From Candidatus Foliamicus sp. (GTDB lineage: Bacteria; Pseudomonadota; Gammaproteobacteria; Steroidobacterales; Foliamicaceae): a stretch of 64,000 nt of DNA. How positions within the stretch are numbered: position 1 is the stretch's first letter; each line of letters starts with the position of its first letter. Position numbers and translations under genes: made by a program. The stretch is taken from assembly GCA_965221325.1 (NCBI GenBank), contig OZ244880.1; one strand, written 5' to 3'. The notes beneath the pieces are model-generated. The model ran no database searches, was not told the origin of the DNA, and was given only the letters and a program-made list of their open reading frames with translations. Positions 9,664-20,381 of the stretch are shown here, piece by piece.

Positions 9664-10248
9664 ATGTTGCAACCCCGTCCCATCGCTGTGGCACTGCTGA
9701 TTCTCGTTGCTGTGAGCTTTCGGCTGATTCCTTATGCCCTGAACGCCTTGGGCGTGCCGATTGATCTTGAAAACACGCTCTACCCCTGGAACTTCTCGCC
9801 CATACTGCCGTTGTGTTTATTCGGCGCCGCCTGCTTCGCGAACCGGGCGGTGGCCTACCTGGCGCCACTGGCGATTTACCTGGTCGGCGATCTCGGCATC
9901 TGGCTGCTCTCCGGGCGCCTCGACTGGGCCTTTTATGCCGATCAGCCCGCCACCTACCTTTCGGTGGCCCTCGTGGTTACTTGCGGCTTCATCGTCCGTC
10001 AGCGGCAATCCTGGCAGCGGATTGCCGGCGCGGGGCTGGGTGCAGCGATACTGTTCTTCGCCGTTTCGAATTTCGGAATCTGGGCTCTTGGGGGCGGCGC
10101 GCGCTACGCCATGACTTGGGCGGGGCTGATGGAGTGCTACACCCTGGCCATTCCTTTCTTCCGCAATACGTTGATCAGCATGGGCCTGTTCCTGCCCTTG
10201 TTATTCAGCCCACTGGCTTTGCGCAGACCGGTTCCAGCAGCGGCATAA
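9664..10248 (+). CDS. Polytopic inner-membrane protein of unknown function
   Basis: It has about six hydrophobic segments. The ATG at 9664 is preceded by GGAGAGAG. The tracked ORF begins at a TTG at 9646. Confidence 0.7.
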   Translation: MLQPRPIAVALLILVAVSFRLIPYALNALGVPIDLENTLYPWNFSPILPLCLFGAACFANRAVAYLAPLAIYLVGDLGIWLLSGRLDWAFYADQPATYLSVALVVTCGFIVRQRQSWQRIAGAGLGAAILFFAVSNFGIWALGGGARYAMTWAGLMECYTLAIPFFRNTLISMGLFLPLLFSPLALRRPVPAAA

Positions 10249-10306
10249 GGCCACGGTTGCGCAGAGCAATTTTCCGCGCCAAGTCTTGCCTGGCGCCAGG
10301 TGGAAT

Positions 10307-10456
10307 TCAGCGCCGCCGGCGCGGAATATCCTGCGCTGATACGCGCGCTTCGCGCGCCTGCTTTTTCGCGCGCCGGACACGTATTCGGCGGATCAGTACC
10401 GCGCCCACCGCCACCGCCACAATCAGCAGTGCCAGCGCTTCCTGCAGTCCCGGCAT
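10307..10456 (-). CDS. Small single-TM protein translationally coupled to feoB (49 aa)
   Basis: The minus-strand ATG at 10456-10454 shares one base with the feoB TGA at 10458-10456. The product is MPGLQEALALLIVAVAVGAVLIRRIRVRRAKKQ..., one TM helix followed by a basic tail. Small membrane proteins after feoB are known, but this one is not Cys-rich. Confidence 0.4.
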   Translation of the reverse strand: MPGLQEALALLIVAVAVGAVLIRRIRVRRAKKQAREARVSAQDIPRRRR

Positions 10457-12621
10457 CACCGTGCGAGCTGATAGGTGAGCATGGCGGCCAGCCAGGCGAA
10501 GCCGGTCATGTAGAGCCAGCTTCCGGCGGCCCACCGCCAGCTATTGGTTTCGCGGCCGATCACGGCCACAGTGGACACGCATTGCAGCGCGAAAGCATAG
10601 AACACCAGCATTCCCAGGGCCATGGCCAAGGTGAACACCGGGCGGCCGTCCGGCCAGCGCGCGCTACGCAGCCGGTCCCGCAAACCGGTTCCTTCCGCAA
10701 CCTCCGAACCTAGCGCATAGACGGTCCCCATAACGCCGATCACGACTTCGCGCGCAGGGAATCCCGCGACCACCGCCGCAGATACCCGCCAGTCCCAGCC
10801 CAGTGGCCGAAATGCCGGTTCGATGAATTTGCCTATGCGTCCCAAGAAGCTGTATTCGAGCTGAGCGGCCCGCTCTTCGGCGTTGATCCGCGCCAGCGCC
10901 TCCTGCAATTCTCCTGCATCCTCGACTTGCGCCGCCAGCGCTGCGCGCTCCGCGGCAAATTCCTGCGGAATGACTCCGGAGCGGGGGAAGTAGCCGAGAG
11001 CCCATATCACCATGCAGGCTGCCGCGATAACTGTGCCCGCGCGAACCAGAAATATTCTTGCCCGTCCCAACAGCTTCAAGACCAAAACCCGTGGATTGGG
11101 CCAGCGCAGGGGCGGCATTTCCATCAGGAAAAGGCCACTGCCGCCGCGCAGCGCGGTCGCGCGGGTGAGCGCGGCGCTGAGCGCCCCGCCCGCGATACCT
11201 AGAAGATACAGGCCCAATAGCAGCAGACCGTGCAGGTTGATCCAGCCGTTCAGGTAGGTGGCCGGGGGCACGAAGCCGGAGATCAGGAGCGCATATACGG
11301 GCAGCCGCGCGGCACAGGTCATAAGGGGAATCGCCATGATGGTAGCGAGGCGTGGTTGCCGGTCGCCGATCACGCGCGTGGACATGATGGCGGGTATGGC
11401 GCACGCGAAGCCGGAAAGCAAGGGAATGAAGGACTGTCCGGAGAGGCCGCACAGGCGCAGAAGGCGATCCATGAGGAACGACGCGCGCGCCATGTAGCCG
11501 CAGTCTTCCAGGAATAGAACCAGCGCGAACAGGAAAACTATTTGCGGAAGGAATATGACTACCGCGCCAACGCCGGACCAAAGGCCGTCCACCAGCAAGC
11601 TGCTCAGCGCGCCCGGCGGCAAGACCTGCAAGGCATGGACGCCGACAAACTCGAACAGCGCACTGATGACGTCCATCAGCGGCGCCGCCCAGGCAAACAC
11701 GGCCTGAAAAACAGCGCTCATCACCACCACAAATGTCAGCACTCCCAGCACTGGATGGCTGACCGCGCGCTCCAGCCAGCTTGCGCGCGTGCGGGTTTCC
11801 GCCGGGTGTGCGAGGGTGGCGCGTTCCAGCCATTGATCAATCTGCAGGTATCGGCGCTGCGCTTCGCGGGCCTGCAGGCTTGGTTCTTCGCTGCCGCTGA
11901 GGGCTTGTCGGCGCGCCTTGTCAAGCGCGGTGCGCGCGGCCTCGCCGTCTTGCGCTACGAGCCGGCGTTCAAACTCCCCACCTTGGTCGATTATTGCCCG
12001 TTCCAGTGCGGGAGCAGGCATCCGGCTGCAATCGATTTGCCTGCGCAGGGTTGCTGCTGCCTTGCGGACTTCGGGCATGACCGGTTTCGTTTGCGGTTTC
12101 GGAGCGGGTTGATGCAAGACCCGCTGCAGATCCGCGCGCAACTGGTCCAGTCCCTCTCCGCGAATTGCGGTTAGTGGCGCAACCGGCGCGCCGAGATCGC
12201 GGGCGAGCTGTTGCGTGTCGATTGACGTTCCTGCCCGGTGCGCGATGTCCTGCATGTTCCAGGCCACGACGACAGGCAGTCCGAGTTCGCTGGATTGGGA
12301 GAACAAGTGCAGACTGCGACGCGGATTGGAGGCATCCGCGACCAGGAGGATCGCGTCGGGCCGCCGCAATCCTGGAACCACGCCCATCAGGACATCAAGC
12401 GTGATGCCGGTTTCAGGATCGTCGGCAGCCAACGAATAGGCGCCGGGCAAATCCACTAACTCGGCTTCCCCATTTTCCAGCTTGACCGTCCCGGTAGTCC
12501 GCTCCACCGTTACGCCGGGATAATTGCCGGTTTTCTGGCGCAGCCCGGTGAGATGATTGAAGACCGTGGATTTGCCCGTGTTGGGGCAGCCGAGGACGGC
12601 AACCAGGGGGCGTTCGATCAT
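10456..12621 (-). CDS. feoB: Ferrous iron transport protein B
   Basis: The N-terminal G-domain reads VAVLGCPNTGKSTVFNHLTG...DLPGAYSL. It is followed by a large polytopic permease domain, 721 aa in total. Confidence 0.95.
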   Translation of the reverse strand: MIERPLVAVLGCPNTGKSTVFNHLTGLRQKTGNYPGVTVERTTGTVKLENGEAELVDLPGAYSLAADDPETGITLDVLMGVVPGLRRPDAILLVADASNPRRSLHLFSQSSELGLPVVVAWNMQDIAHRAGTSIDTQQLARDLGAPVAPLTAIRGEGLDQLRADLQRVLHQPAPKPQTKPVMPEVRKAAATLRRQIDCSRMPAPALERAIIDQGGEFERRLVAQDGEAARTALDKARRQALSGSEEPSLQAREAQRRYLQIDQWLERATLAHPAETRTRASWLERAVSHPVLGVLTFVVVMSAVFQAVFAWAAPLMDVISALFEFVGVHALQVLPPGALSSLLVDGLWSGVGAVVIFLPQIVFLFALVLFLEDCGYMARASFLMDRLLRLCGLSGQSFIPLLSGFACAIPAIMSTRVIGDRQPRLATIMAIPLMTCAARLPVYALLISGFVPPATYLNGWINLHGLLLLGLYLLGIAGGALSAALTRATALRGGSGLFLMEMPPLRWPNPRVLVLKLLGRARIFLVRAGTVIAAACMVIWALGYFPRSGVIPQEFAAERAALAAQVEDAGELQEALARINAEERAAQLEYSFLGRIGKFIEPAFRPLGWDWRVSAAVVAGFPAREVVIGVMGTVYALGSEVAEGTGLRDRLRSARWPDGRPVFTLAMALGMLVFYAFALQCVSTVAVIGRETNSWRWAAGSWLYMTGFAWLAAMLTYQLAR

Positions 12622-12629
12622 GTCTTGAC

Positions 12630-12878
12630 TCAGGACGGTTCGGAGGGAGGAGCTACGCGCACTTGTCTTGCTTGTTCACGCCGCAGACACAAAGGGTGAC
12701 CGCCCGCAGCAATTTCCAGCGGGTCGCCGCCCAAGGCGCGGCGCAGAACCCGCACGGCAACGCCTGGAACGAGTCCAAGCGTCAACAGAGCACGCGCTTG
12801 CTGACCATTGCCGAGGATGGAGATGATTCTGGCGCTGCTGCCATCAGGCAGTTCATTGAGCCCTATATCGCTTGTCAA
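12630..12878 (-). CDS. feoA: Ferrous iron transport protein A
   Basis: An 82-aa SH3-like FeoA (LGLVPGVAVRVLRR...GDPLEI) lies directly upstream of feoB. Confidence 0.9.
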   Translation of the reverse strand: MTSDIGLNELPDGSSARIISILGNGQQARALLTLGLVPGVAVRVLRRALGGDPLEIAAGGHPLCLRREQARQVRVAPPSEPS

Positions 12879-12919
12879 TCGGTCTTCCCAGACTATACCT
12901 AGCCATTTGCGAGTCTAAC

Positions 12920-12944
12920 ATGAATGTGAATGACTAACATTCAT
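12920..12944. promoter_or_regulatory. Fur-box-like inverted repeat in the feoA / DUF1820 divergent intergenic region
   Basis: ATGAATGT-n9-ACATTCAT is a perfect 8-bp inverted repeat in AT-rich context. It lies 42-66 nt upstream of the feoA start. feoAB operons are commonly Fur-repressed. Confidence 0.45.
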
Positions 12945-13006
12945 GCCGCTTTCGTGGCAATTCCGACTGTTCGGGGAAAGTCGTTTCGGTATAATTTGAG
13001 CCGATC

Positions 13007-13342
13007 ATGGCGCCCAAACCCCTCTACCGTATAAGCTTTCTGAACCAGGGAAAGGTTTATGAAATGTATGCGCGCAGCGTGTCGCAGGGAGGCATGTTCG
13101 GGTTTGTCGAAGTGGAAGGTCTTGAATTCGGCAAACGCACGTCGCTAGTTGTCGATCCCGGCGAGGAGCGCATCAAGACGGAGTTTTCCGGTGTGCGCCG
13201 CACCTACATTCCCATGCACTGCGTACTCCGCATCGACGAAGTGGAAAAACGCGGCGTGAGCAAGATATCCGCCGCTGACGAAAGTAACGTGACGCAACTT
13301 CCCACGCCCGTTTATGCGCCCGGAGGCGCCGGTTCCGATTAA
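13007..13342 (+). CDS. DUF1820-family protein
   Basis: [36 protein letters not shown] matches my recollection of the conserved small protein found next to purL in gammaproteobacteria. Confidence 0.75.
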   Translation: MAPKPLYRISFLNQGKVYEMYARSVSQGGMFGFVEVEGLEFGKRTSLVVDPGEERIKTEFSGVRRTYIPMHCVLRIDEVEKRGVSKISAADESNVTQLPTPVYAPGGAGSD

Positions 13343-13380
13343 GGCCTGCTGCGCCGCCGGCGCGGGCTAAGGGCAAGGGA

Positions 13381-16300
13381 ATGCTGGCGCTTTCCGGTTC
13401 CGGCGCCCTTTCCTCGTTTCGACGCAAGCAGCTCCTTAGCCGTCTTCGGGCTCACGACCCGAACGTGAGGAACGTGGCCGCACACTTCCTGCACCTTGTT
13501 CAAGTGGCTCCCAGGAACAACGAGGCCGGCTTGCGCCGGCTGAGGGAACTGCTTGCGTACGGGCCGGATTGGCCGCAGCCCGCCTCCGATCCCGGGCAAC
13601 CGGAGGAAATATTGCTCGCGCTGCCGCGCCGCGGCAGCATTTCGCCTTGGTCCAGCAAGGCTACGGAAATCGCCCGCTTGTGCGGTTTCGAGCACGTGGA
13701 GCGCATAGAACGTGCGGTGCGCTACCGGATCAGCGCGCCCGCACCGCTGCCAACTCCGGCGAAGTCGGAGCTGTTCGATCGCATGACGCAGGAGTTGTTG
13801 CCCGAAGGGGAATTGCCGGAGGCGCTGTTCGCCGGCGGCGCGGCCCAGCCCTTGCAGTACGTGCCGCTGCTCAAGCGCGGCCGAGCAGCCCTGGAAGAAG
13901 CCAACAAGCGCATGGCGCTGGCCTTGTCCGCGGAGGAAATCGGCTACCTGGAACGCGGTTTCGGCAAGCTGGGGCGCGATCCCACGGACGCGGAACTAAT
14001 GATGTTCGCGCAGGTCAATTCCGAGCACTGCCGGCACAAGATTTTCAATGCCCGCTGGTTTGACGGCACCCGGCAGCTTCCGCACTCGCTGTTCGACCTG
14101 ATCCGCCAGACCTCCGCGCATAGTCCCGAGGGTCTGCTTTCGGCCTATTCCGACAACGCTGCCGTAATCGCCGGTGGCGCGGGGCAGCGACTGCTTACGC
14201 CGGGGGGGCGCCGCGAATACGTATCTGTCAATGAGCCGGTACATACCTGCATCAAGGTGGAAACGCACAATCATCCCACGGCCATTTCTCCGTTCCCGGG
14301 GGCCGCAACCGGCGCCGGCGGCGAAATTCGCGATGGCGCCGCCACCGGGAGAGGCGCCAGGCCGAAGATCGGAATGACCGGGTTCACGGTGTCCGATCTT
14401 CGCCTGCCTGGATTCTTCCAGCCCTGGGAGAATCGGCTTCCCCGGCCGCGCCGACTGGCTTCCCCGCTGCGGATCATGCTTGAGGCGCCAATTGGGGCGG
14501 CGTCCTTCAACAACGAGTTCGGGCGCCCCGCCGTGCTCGGCTATTTCCGCAGTTTCGAGCAGGTCGGGAAAGACCATTGGGGATATCACAAACCGATCAT
14601 GATCGCCGGCGGCGTCAGTGCGGTACGGGAGGCCGATGTGCTCAAGCAGCAAGCGCCAGCGGGGGCGCTCGTGGTGGCGCTCGGTGGCCCGGCCATGCGC
14701 ATCGGCGTTGGCGGAGGCTCGGCATCCTCGCGCGGCAGTGGCGCGGATCACGAGAAACTCGACTACGCCTCCGTGCAGCGCGGTAACGCGGAAATGCAGC
14801 GCCGCGCTCAGGAAGTGATCGACCGCTGCTGCGAACTCGGCCTGGCCGAAGGCGGCCGCAATCCGCTCTACGGAATCCATGACGTGGGCGCCGGCGGGTT
14901 GGCCAACGCAATCCCCGAACTTCTGCACGACAGCGGGCGCGGCGCGGACTTGTCGTACGCCGCCATTCCTTCTGCCGACCCGGGAATGTCGCCGCTCGAA
15001 ACCTGGTGCAATGAATCCCAGGAACGCTACATGCTGGCGCTGGATGGCGAAAGGCTGCACGAATTCGAGGCCCTCTGTGCGCGTGAACGCTGCCCCTGGG
15101 CCGTGCTGGGGCGCATGGACGACGAGGGCCGAATTCGCTTGTCGGCCCTGGACGGACCGCCCCCGGTGGACATGCCGCTGGAGTTTCTGTTCGGCGGTGC
15201 GGACAGCCTATCCCTGCAACTGGATTCCGCAGACGCGCGTCGCGCGGAGTTGGATATGCGCGGCATCGATGTGAATGAAGCGATACACCGCGTCCTGGCC
15301 ATGCCGGCGGTGGCCGACAAGTCGTTTCTGATTCATATCGGCGACCGTACCGTAGGAGGTCTGGTGGCCCGCGATCAACTGGTGGGCCCCTGGCAGGTGC
15401 CGGTGAGCGATGTGGCGGTATCGGCGCGCGACTTCTTCGGCCATGCGGGCGAAGCCATGGCGGTAGGAGAACGCACACCCGTGGCAGCGCTGGATCCCGC
15501 GGCGGCCAGCCGACTTGCGCTGGCCGAAGCACTCACCAATATCGCCGCCGCCGACATCGGCGGCGCCGGTGATGCGCGAGTCTCCGCCAACTGGATGGCG
15601 GCCCCCGCTGCCTCGAGTGAGGCTGCCGGACTGCGCCGTGCCGTCGAAGCATTGTCGTCCTGCTGCCGGGAGCTGCGCGTCGCCGCACCGGTCGGCAAGG
15701 ATTCCTTGTCCATGCAGACTTCCTGGCAAGACGACGACGGCCGGGAAAACACGGTTACCGCTCCGGTTTCGCTGGTCGTGACCGCGTTTGCGCCGGTCAA
15801 GGACATTCGGCGCACGCTGACGCCGCAGCTTGCGGATCGATCCGGCACGCGCCTGCTGTTGTTTGACCTGTCGCTGGGGCGCGACCGGCTCGGCGGAAGT
15901 TGTCTTGCGCAGGCCTTCGGGCGGGCCGGAGGCGCGCCCGCGGATCTCGACCACGCGCCCTTGCTGGCGGCCTTGGTCGAGACTGTGAGGCTCCTCGCCC
16001 GCGAAGGCGTTGCACTGGCCTGGCACGATCGTTCGGACGGCGGCTTGCTGGTGGCCTTGTGCGAAATGGCGTTCGCCAGCCGGCTCGGTTGGCGCATCGC
16101 GTTGCCGGGGGTGGCCGGCGAACAACTGCTGGCGCGTTTGTTTGCGGAGGAACCGGGCGGAATCATGCAGGTGGCGGACGACCAAATTGAGCGGGTGAAG
16201 GCGGTTTGCCGGGAGAAAGGTCTGACCGACTGCCTGACCGACTTGGGTGAGGTCATCGCTTCCTCGCCAGGCTCGGTCCGCCCGCGACAACTATTCGTGC

Positions 16301-17280
16301 GCTCGCCAGACGGCGAACTGGTTTTCGAACGCGTGGATTTGCATCGCCGGTGGTCGGAGCTCAGTTTCCGGATGCAGGCGCTGCGCGACAACCCAGACAC
16401 GGCCGAAGAGCAATACCGCGGCTTGCTGGACGAAACCGACGCCGGACTGACGGTCGTCTCGCGGCATTCGCCCGCAAAGGCGCGCAAGGCACCCCCTACG
16501 GGCGCCAAGCCGCGAGTGGCGATCTTGCGCGAACAGGGAATCAACGGCCAGGCGGAGATGGCCGCGGCGTTTACTCTGGCAGGGTTCACGGCCGTGGATG
16601 TTCACATGTCGGACATCCTCAGCGGCAACGAGGACTTGCGCGATTTTCAGGGATTGGCGGCCTGCGGAGGCTTTTCCTACGGAGACGTGCTCGGCGCCGG
16701 CGGCGGATGGGCGCGCTGCATACTCATGAACGAGCGCGCCAGGGAAGTATTCGCGCGCTATTTCGAAGACGCGGATCGCTTTACGTTGGGCGTTTGTAAC
16801 GGCTGCCAGATGCTGAGCCTGATTGCGGAACTGATTCCCGGCTGCGAGCATTGGCCGCGATTCACGCGCAATCGCTCGGAGCAGTTCGAGGCGCGCCTGA
16901 GCATGGTGCGCATCGAAACCAGTCCCTCGCTGCTCCTGAGCGGCATGGCCGATTCCCTGTTGCTGATCGCTACCTCGCATGGCGAAGGCCGCGCGGAGTT
17001 TCGCTCCGCCGAGCAGGCTACGCGATGCGAACAAGCGCGGCTGGCGGCCTGCCGCTTTGTGGACGGCAATGGTGAACCGACGGAGGTCTATCCTTCCAAC
17101 CCCAACGGCTCGCCTGGCGGTCTTGCGGGCCTTACCTCGCGCGATGGCCGCGTCACCGCACTGATGCCGCATCCCGAGCGCTTGTTCCGCACCGTGCAGC
17201 ACTCCTGGAGCCCGCCGGGATGGGGTGAGCATGGCCCCTGGATGCAGATGTTTGACAACGCCCGTTCCATACTTGACTGA
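13381..17280 (+). CDS. purL: Phosphoribosylformylglycinamidine synthase (large single-chain form)
   Basis: The protein is 1299 aa. It has the N-terminal domain, duplicated AIR-synthase-like domains ([19 protein letters not shown]) and a C-terminal GATase with GVCNGCQML. Confidence 0.97.
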   Translation: MLALSGSGALSSFRRKQLLSRLRAHDPNVRNVAAHFLHLVQVAPRNNEAGLRRLRELLAYGPDWPQPASDPGQPEEILLALPRRGSISPWSSKATEIARLCGFEHVERIERAVRYRISAPAPLPTPAKSELFDRMTQELLPEGELPEALFAGGAAQPLQYVPLLKRGRAALEEANKRMALALSAEEIGYLERGFGKLGRDPTDAELMMFAQVNSEHCRHKIFNARWFDGTRQLPHSLFDLIRQTSAHSPEGLLSAYSDNAAVIAGGAGQRLLTPGGRREYVSVNEPVHTCIKVETHNHPTAISPFPGAATGAGGEIRDGAATGRGARPKIGMTGFTVSDLRLPGFFQPWENRLPRPRRLASPLRIMLEAPIGAASFNNEFGRPAVLGYFRSFEQVGKDHWGYHKPIMIAGGVSAVREADVLKQQAPAGALVVALGGPAMRIGVGGGSASSRGSGADHEKLDYASVQRGNAEMQRRAQEVIDRCCELGLAEGGRNPLYGIHDVGAGGLANAIPELLHDSGRGADLSYAAIPSADPGMSPLETWCNESQERYMLALDGERLHEFEALCARERCPWAVLGRMDDEGRIRLSALDGPPPVDMPLEFLFGGADSLSLQLDSADARRAELDMRGIDVNEAIHRVLAMPAVADKSFLIHIGDRTVGGLVARDQLVGPWQVPVSDVAVSARDFFGHAGEAMAVGERTPVAALDPAAASRLALAEALTNIAAADIGGAGDARVSANWMAAPAASSEAAGLRRAVEALSSCCRELRVAAPVGKDSLSMQTSWQDDDGRENTVTAPVSLVVTAFAPVKDIRRTLTPQLADRSGTRLLLFDLSLGRDRLGGSCLAQAFGRAGGAPADLDHAPLLAALVETVRLLAREGVALAWHDRSDGGLLVALCEMAFASRLGWRIALPGVAGEQLLARLFAEEPGGIMQVADDQIERVKAVCREKGLTDCLTDLGEVIASSPGSVRPRQLFVRSPDGELVFERVDLHRRWSELSFRMQALRDNPDTAEEQYRGLLDETDAGLTVVSRHSPAKARKAPPTGAKPRVAILREQGINGQAEMAAAFTLAGFTAVDVHMSDILSGNEDLRDFQGLAACGGFSYGDVLGAGGGWARCILMNERAREVFARYFEDADRFTLGVCNGCQMLSLIAELIPGCEHWPRFTRNRSEQFEARLSMVRIETSPSLLLSGMADSLLLIATSHGEGRAEFRSAEQATRCEQARLAACRFVDGNGEPTEVYPSNPNGSPGGLAGLTSRDGRVTALMPHPERLFRTVQHSWSPPGWGEHGPWMQMFDNARSILD

Positions 17281-17372
17281 GGACTGGATCGGCTATGCCG
17301 CACACCCGCCGAGACGCCCCGCCAAGCGCCAATATCGGTACACTGCATGGGTTGACTTGATTGGTGGAGAAT

Positions 17373-18626
17373 ATGGCTACCGATTACCCCGCCATCGCCG
17401 AATTCGATCCGCAACTGGCGGCGGCTTTGCGCGCTGAGCTACGCCGCCAGGAGGATGTTGTCGAGCTTATTGCCTCGGAAAACTATGCCAGCCGCCGGGT
17501 CTTGGAAGCCCAGGGATCGGTGCTTACCAACAAGTACGCGGAAGGCTATCCGGGGCGGCGCTACTACGGCGGCTGCGAGCATGTGGACGTGGCCGAATCG
17601 CTGGCCATTGAACGCGCCGCGCGGCTATTCGGCGCCGACTACGTGAATGTGCAGCCGCACTCCGGCACGCAGGCCAACACCGCCGCCTACCTGGCTCTGC
17701 TAAAGCCGGGCGACGCTATCCTCGGTATGGACCTCAGCCATGGTGGCCACCTCACGCATGGCTCTCCGGTCAACATTTCCGGGAAACTGTTCAAGGCGTC
17801 GAGTTACGGGCTGGATCCGAGCACCGAGTTGATCGATTACAACCAGTTGCGTGAGCAAGCGCTGAAGCACCGGCCGCGGATGATCGTGGGCGGTTTCTCG
17901 GCCTACTCGCGGGTAGCGGACTGGGGTATTTTCCGGGAAGTGGCCGACGAGGTGGATGCTTACCTGATGGTGGACATGGCGCATGTGGCTGGACTCGTCG
18001 CCGCCGGCGAATACCCCAACCCCACGCCGCTGGCGGATGTGGTAACCACCACCACGCACAAGACTCTCCGGGGGCCGCGCGGCGGCCTGATTCTGGCGCG
18101 AGACAACCCGGAGGTGGCCAAGCGCCTGCGCTCTCTGGTGTTTCCGGGCACCCAGGGCGGACCGCTGATGCACGTGATCGCCGCCAAGGCGGTGGCGCTG
18201 GAGGAAGCCTTGCAGCCCGAGTTTCGCGAATACCAGCGGCAGGTGAAGCGCAACGCGGCAGCGCTTGCCGAGGGTCTGCGGAAACGAAGTTTGCGGATCG
18301 TTTCCGGCAAAACCGAGAACCACCTGTTTCTGGTGGACCTCGGCCAATCGGGCATTACCGGCGCAGAAGCGGAAGCGGCGCTCGAGCAGGCCAACATCAC
18401 CGTCAACAAGAACGCAGTGCCCAATGACCCTCGGCCACCGATGGTGACCAGCGGCTTGCGCCTGGGAACGCCGGCCTGCACAACCCGCGGGTTTCGCGAG
18501 CCGGAAATGGCGATGCTGGTCGATGCTATTGCGGATGTGGTTTCCCAACCTGGCGAGCAGAAATTGCTGGAAAGTGTTCGCCGCCGGGTTCTGGACACCT
18601 GCCGCCGCTTCCCGGTCTACGCCTGA
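17373..18626 (+). CDS. glyA: Serine hydroxymethyltransferase
   Basis: It contains [38 protein letters not shown] and the PLP-lysine motif [14 protein letters not shown]. Confidence 0.97.
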   Translation: MATDYPAIAEFDPQLAAALRAELRRQEDVVELIASENYASRRVLEAQGSVLTNKYAEGYPGRRYYGGCEHVDVAESLAIERAARLFGADYVNVQPHSGTQANTAAYLALLKPGDAILGMDLSHGGHLTHGSPVNISGKLFKASSYGLDPSTELIDYNQLREQALKHRPRMIVGGFSAYSRVADWGIFREVADEVDAYLMVDMAHVAGLVAAGEYPNPTPLADVVTTTTHKTLRGPRGGLILARDNPEVAKRLRSLVFPGTQGGPLMHVIAAKAVALEEALQPEFREYQRQVKRNAAALAEGLRKRSLRIVSGKTENHLFLVDLGQSGITGAEAEAALEQANITVNKNAVPNDPRPPMVTSGLRLGTPACTTRGFREPEMAMLVDAIADVVSQPGEQKLLESVRRRVLDTCRRFPVYA

Positions 18627-18687
18627 AGCGCGTTGCCGGGTTTTTCTGGTGGCCGCAGCGGACGGCAAGGGCGCTGACCGGCGCTGG

Positions 18688-19776
18688 ATGAAACAGGCGC
18701 TTGAGCTGGCCCGCCGGGGGCTCTACAGCACCGATCCGAATCCGCGCGTGGGCTGCGTATTGGTGAAGAACGGCGAATGCGTGGGCAGCGGCTGGCATCA
18801 GCGCGCCGGCCAAGCGCATGCCGAGATCAATGCCTTGCAAGACGCGGGCGGCGCAGCGCGCGGCGCCGACTGCTATGTGACCTTGGAACCCTGTTCGCAT
18901 CAGGGCCGCACGGGGCCCTGCGCTGATGCGCTGGTGACCGCAGGCGTCGTGAGAGTGGTGTTCGCAGGTCGCGACCCGAATCCGGCGGTGAGCGGCGGCG
19001 GCGCCCGGCGTTTGCGCGAGGCGGGGATTGAGGTCGAGGCTGGCATTCTTGAGAGCGAGGCGCGCGAATTGAATCCCGGCTACTTCTCGCGTTGGGAGCG
19101 GGGCCGCCCCTGGGTGCGCGTGAAGCTGGCCGCCAGCCTGGATGGTCGCACCGCGCTGGCGAATCGCGAGAGCCAATGGATTACCTCTCCCGAGGCGCGG
19201 AGCGATGGGCACGGCTGGCGGGCGCGTAGTTCCGTGATACTGACCGGCAGCGGAACGCTGCTCGCCGATGACCCGCGCCTGGATGCCCGCCGCGACGACT
19301 TGGGCGAGATCAAGGCCCCGGCCCGCGTGGTGCTGGATTCCAGTCTGCGCACGCCGGCGACAGCACGTTTGTTTGCAGAGCCCGGGGCCGTTTACCTGCT
19401 TCACTGCGAGGGCAGCGAGACGTCTGGCCAGGACCGCATCGGGGCCCTGCGCGCGGCCGGCGCCGACGTTATGCAACTGCCGGCCGGTGCAGACGGACGC
19501 GTGTCGCTGCCCGCCGCTCTGGGATTGCTGGCCGAGTTGGAATATAACGAGGTGCAGGTAGAGGCGGGTGCGGTGCTGAGCGGCGCGCTTTTGCGCGAGG
19601 ATCTGATCGACGAAGTGATTCTGTACACGGCGCCGGTGCTGCTGGGCAGCGGGGCGCGTGGTTTGTTCGAACTTCCGGTCCTCAAGAACATGCCTGAAAG
19701 GCCTGCGTTTCGCATTAGTGAAGTGGCGCGGATAGGGCCGGATCTGCGTCTGGTTCTGACTCCGCCCGGGCGCTGA
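18688..19776 (+). CDS. ribD: Bifunctional riboflavin biosynthesis protein RibD (deaminase/reductase)
   Basis: The deaminase motifs HAEINAL and PCSHQGRTGPC are present, with a C-terminal reductase domain. The start could also be the GTG at 18648. The tracked ORF start (18523) lies inside glyA. Confidence 0.92.
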   Translation: MKQALELARRGLYSTDPNPRVGCVLVKNGECVGSGWHQRAGQAHAEINALQDAGGAARGADCYVTLEPCSHQGRTGPCADALVTAGVVRVVFAGRDPNPAVSGGGARRLREAGIEVEAGILESEARELNPGYFSRWERGRPWVRVKLAASLDGRTALANRESQWITSPEARSDGHGWRARSSVILTGSGTLLADDPRLDARRDDLGEIKAPARVVLDSSLRTPATARLFAEPGAVYLLHCEGSETSGQDRIGALRAAGADVMQLPAGADGRVSLPAALGLLAELEYNEVQVEAGAVLSGALLREDLIDEVILYTAPVLLGSGARGLFELPVLKNMPERPAFRISEVARIGPDLRLVLTPPGR

Positions 19777-19777
19777 C

Positions 19778-20371
19778 GTGTTCACGGGCATCATCCGCGG
19801 CGTCGGCGCGTTAAGCCGGGTGCAGGATTTCGAAGGAGGCGACCGGCGCATGCATATCGAGACTTCCGGCATTGCTACGTCGCTGCTGGATATAGGGGCC
19901 AGTCTATGCGTGAGCGGCGTTTGCCTGACCATCGTTGCGCGCGAAGGCGGAAACGTGGCGGTGGATGTGTCAGCGCGCACGCTGGCCGACACCACGCTGC
20001 GGGACTGGAGTTCAGGGCACGCCGTGAATCTGGAGCCTGCGCTGACTGCAGGCGCCGCACTAGGCGGGCATTTCGTGATGGGCCATGTGGATGGCGTGGC
20101 CGAGGTGACGCGCCGCCGAGAGCATGGCCGGTCGGTGATTCTGGAGTTGAACGCCCCGCAGCATCTCATGCGTTTCATCGCAGCCAAGGGCTCGGTGGCG
20201 CTCGACGGAGTCAGCCTCACTTCCAACGATGCAGAAGCGGACCGGTTCTCGGTGAACGTGGTGCCGCACACGCTCAAGGAAACGACATTGTCCGATTGTC
20301 GAGCGGGAAGCCGGCTTAACCTGGAAGTCGATATCATTGCCCGCTACGCCGCGCGCCTGCTGGACGGGTAG
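19778..20371 (+). CDS. ribE: Riboflavin synthase alpha chain
   Basis: It begins MFTGIIRGVG and has two lumazine-binding repeats (GASLCVSGVCLT and GSVALDGVSLT). Confidence 0.93.
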   Translation: MFTGIIRGVGALSRVQDFEGGDRRMHIETSGIATSLLDIGASLCVSGVCLTIVAREGGNVAVDVSARTLADTTLRDWSSGHAVNLEPALTAGAALGGHFVMGHVDGVAEVTRRREHGRSVILELNAPQHLMRFIAAKGSVALDGVSLTSNDAEADRFSVNVVPHTLKETTLSDCRAGSRLNLEVDIIARYAARLLDG

Positions 20372-20381
20372 GGGATACATC

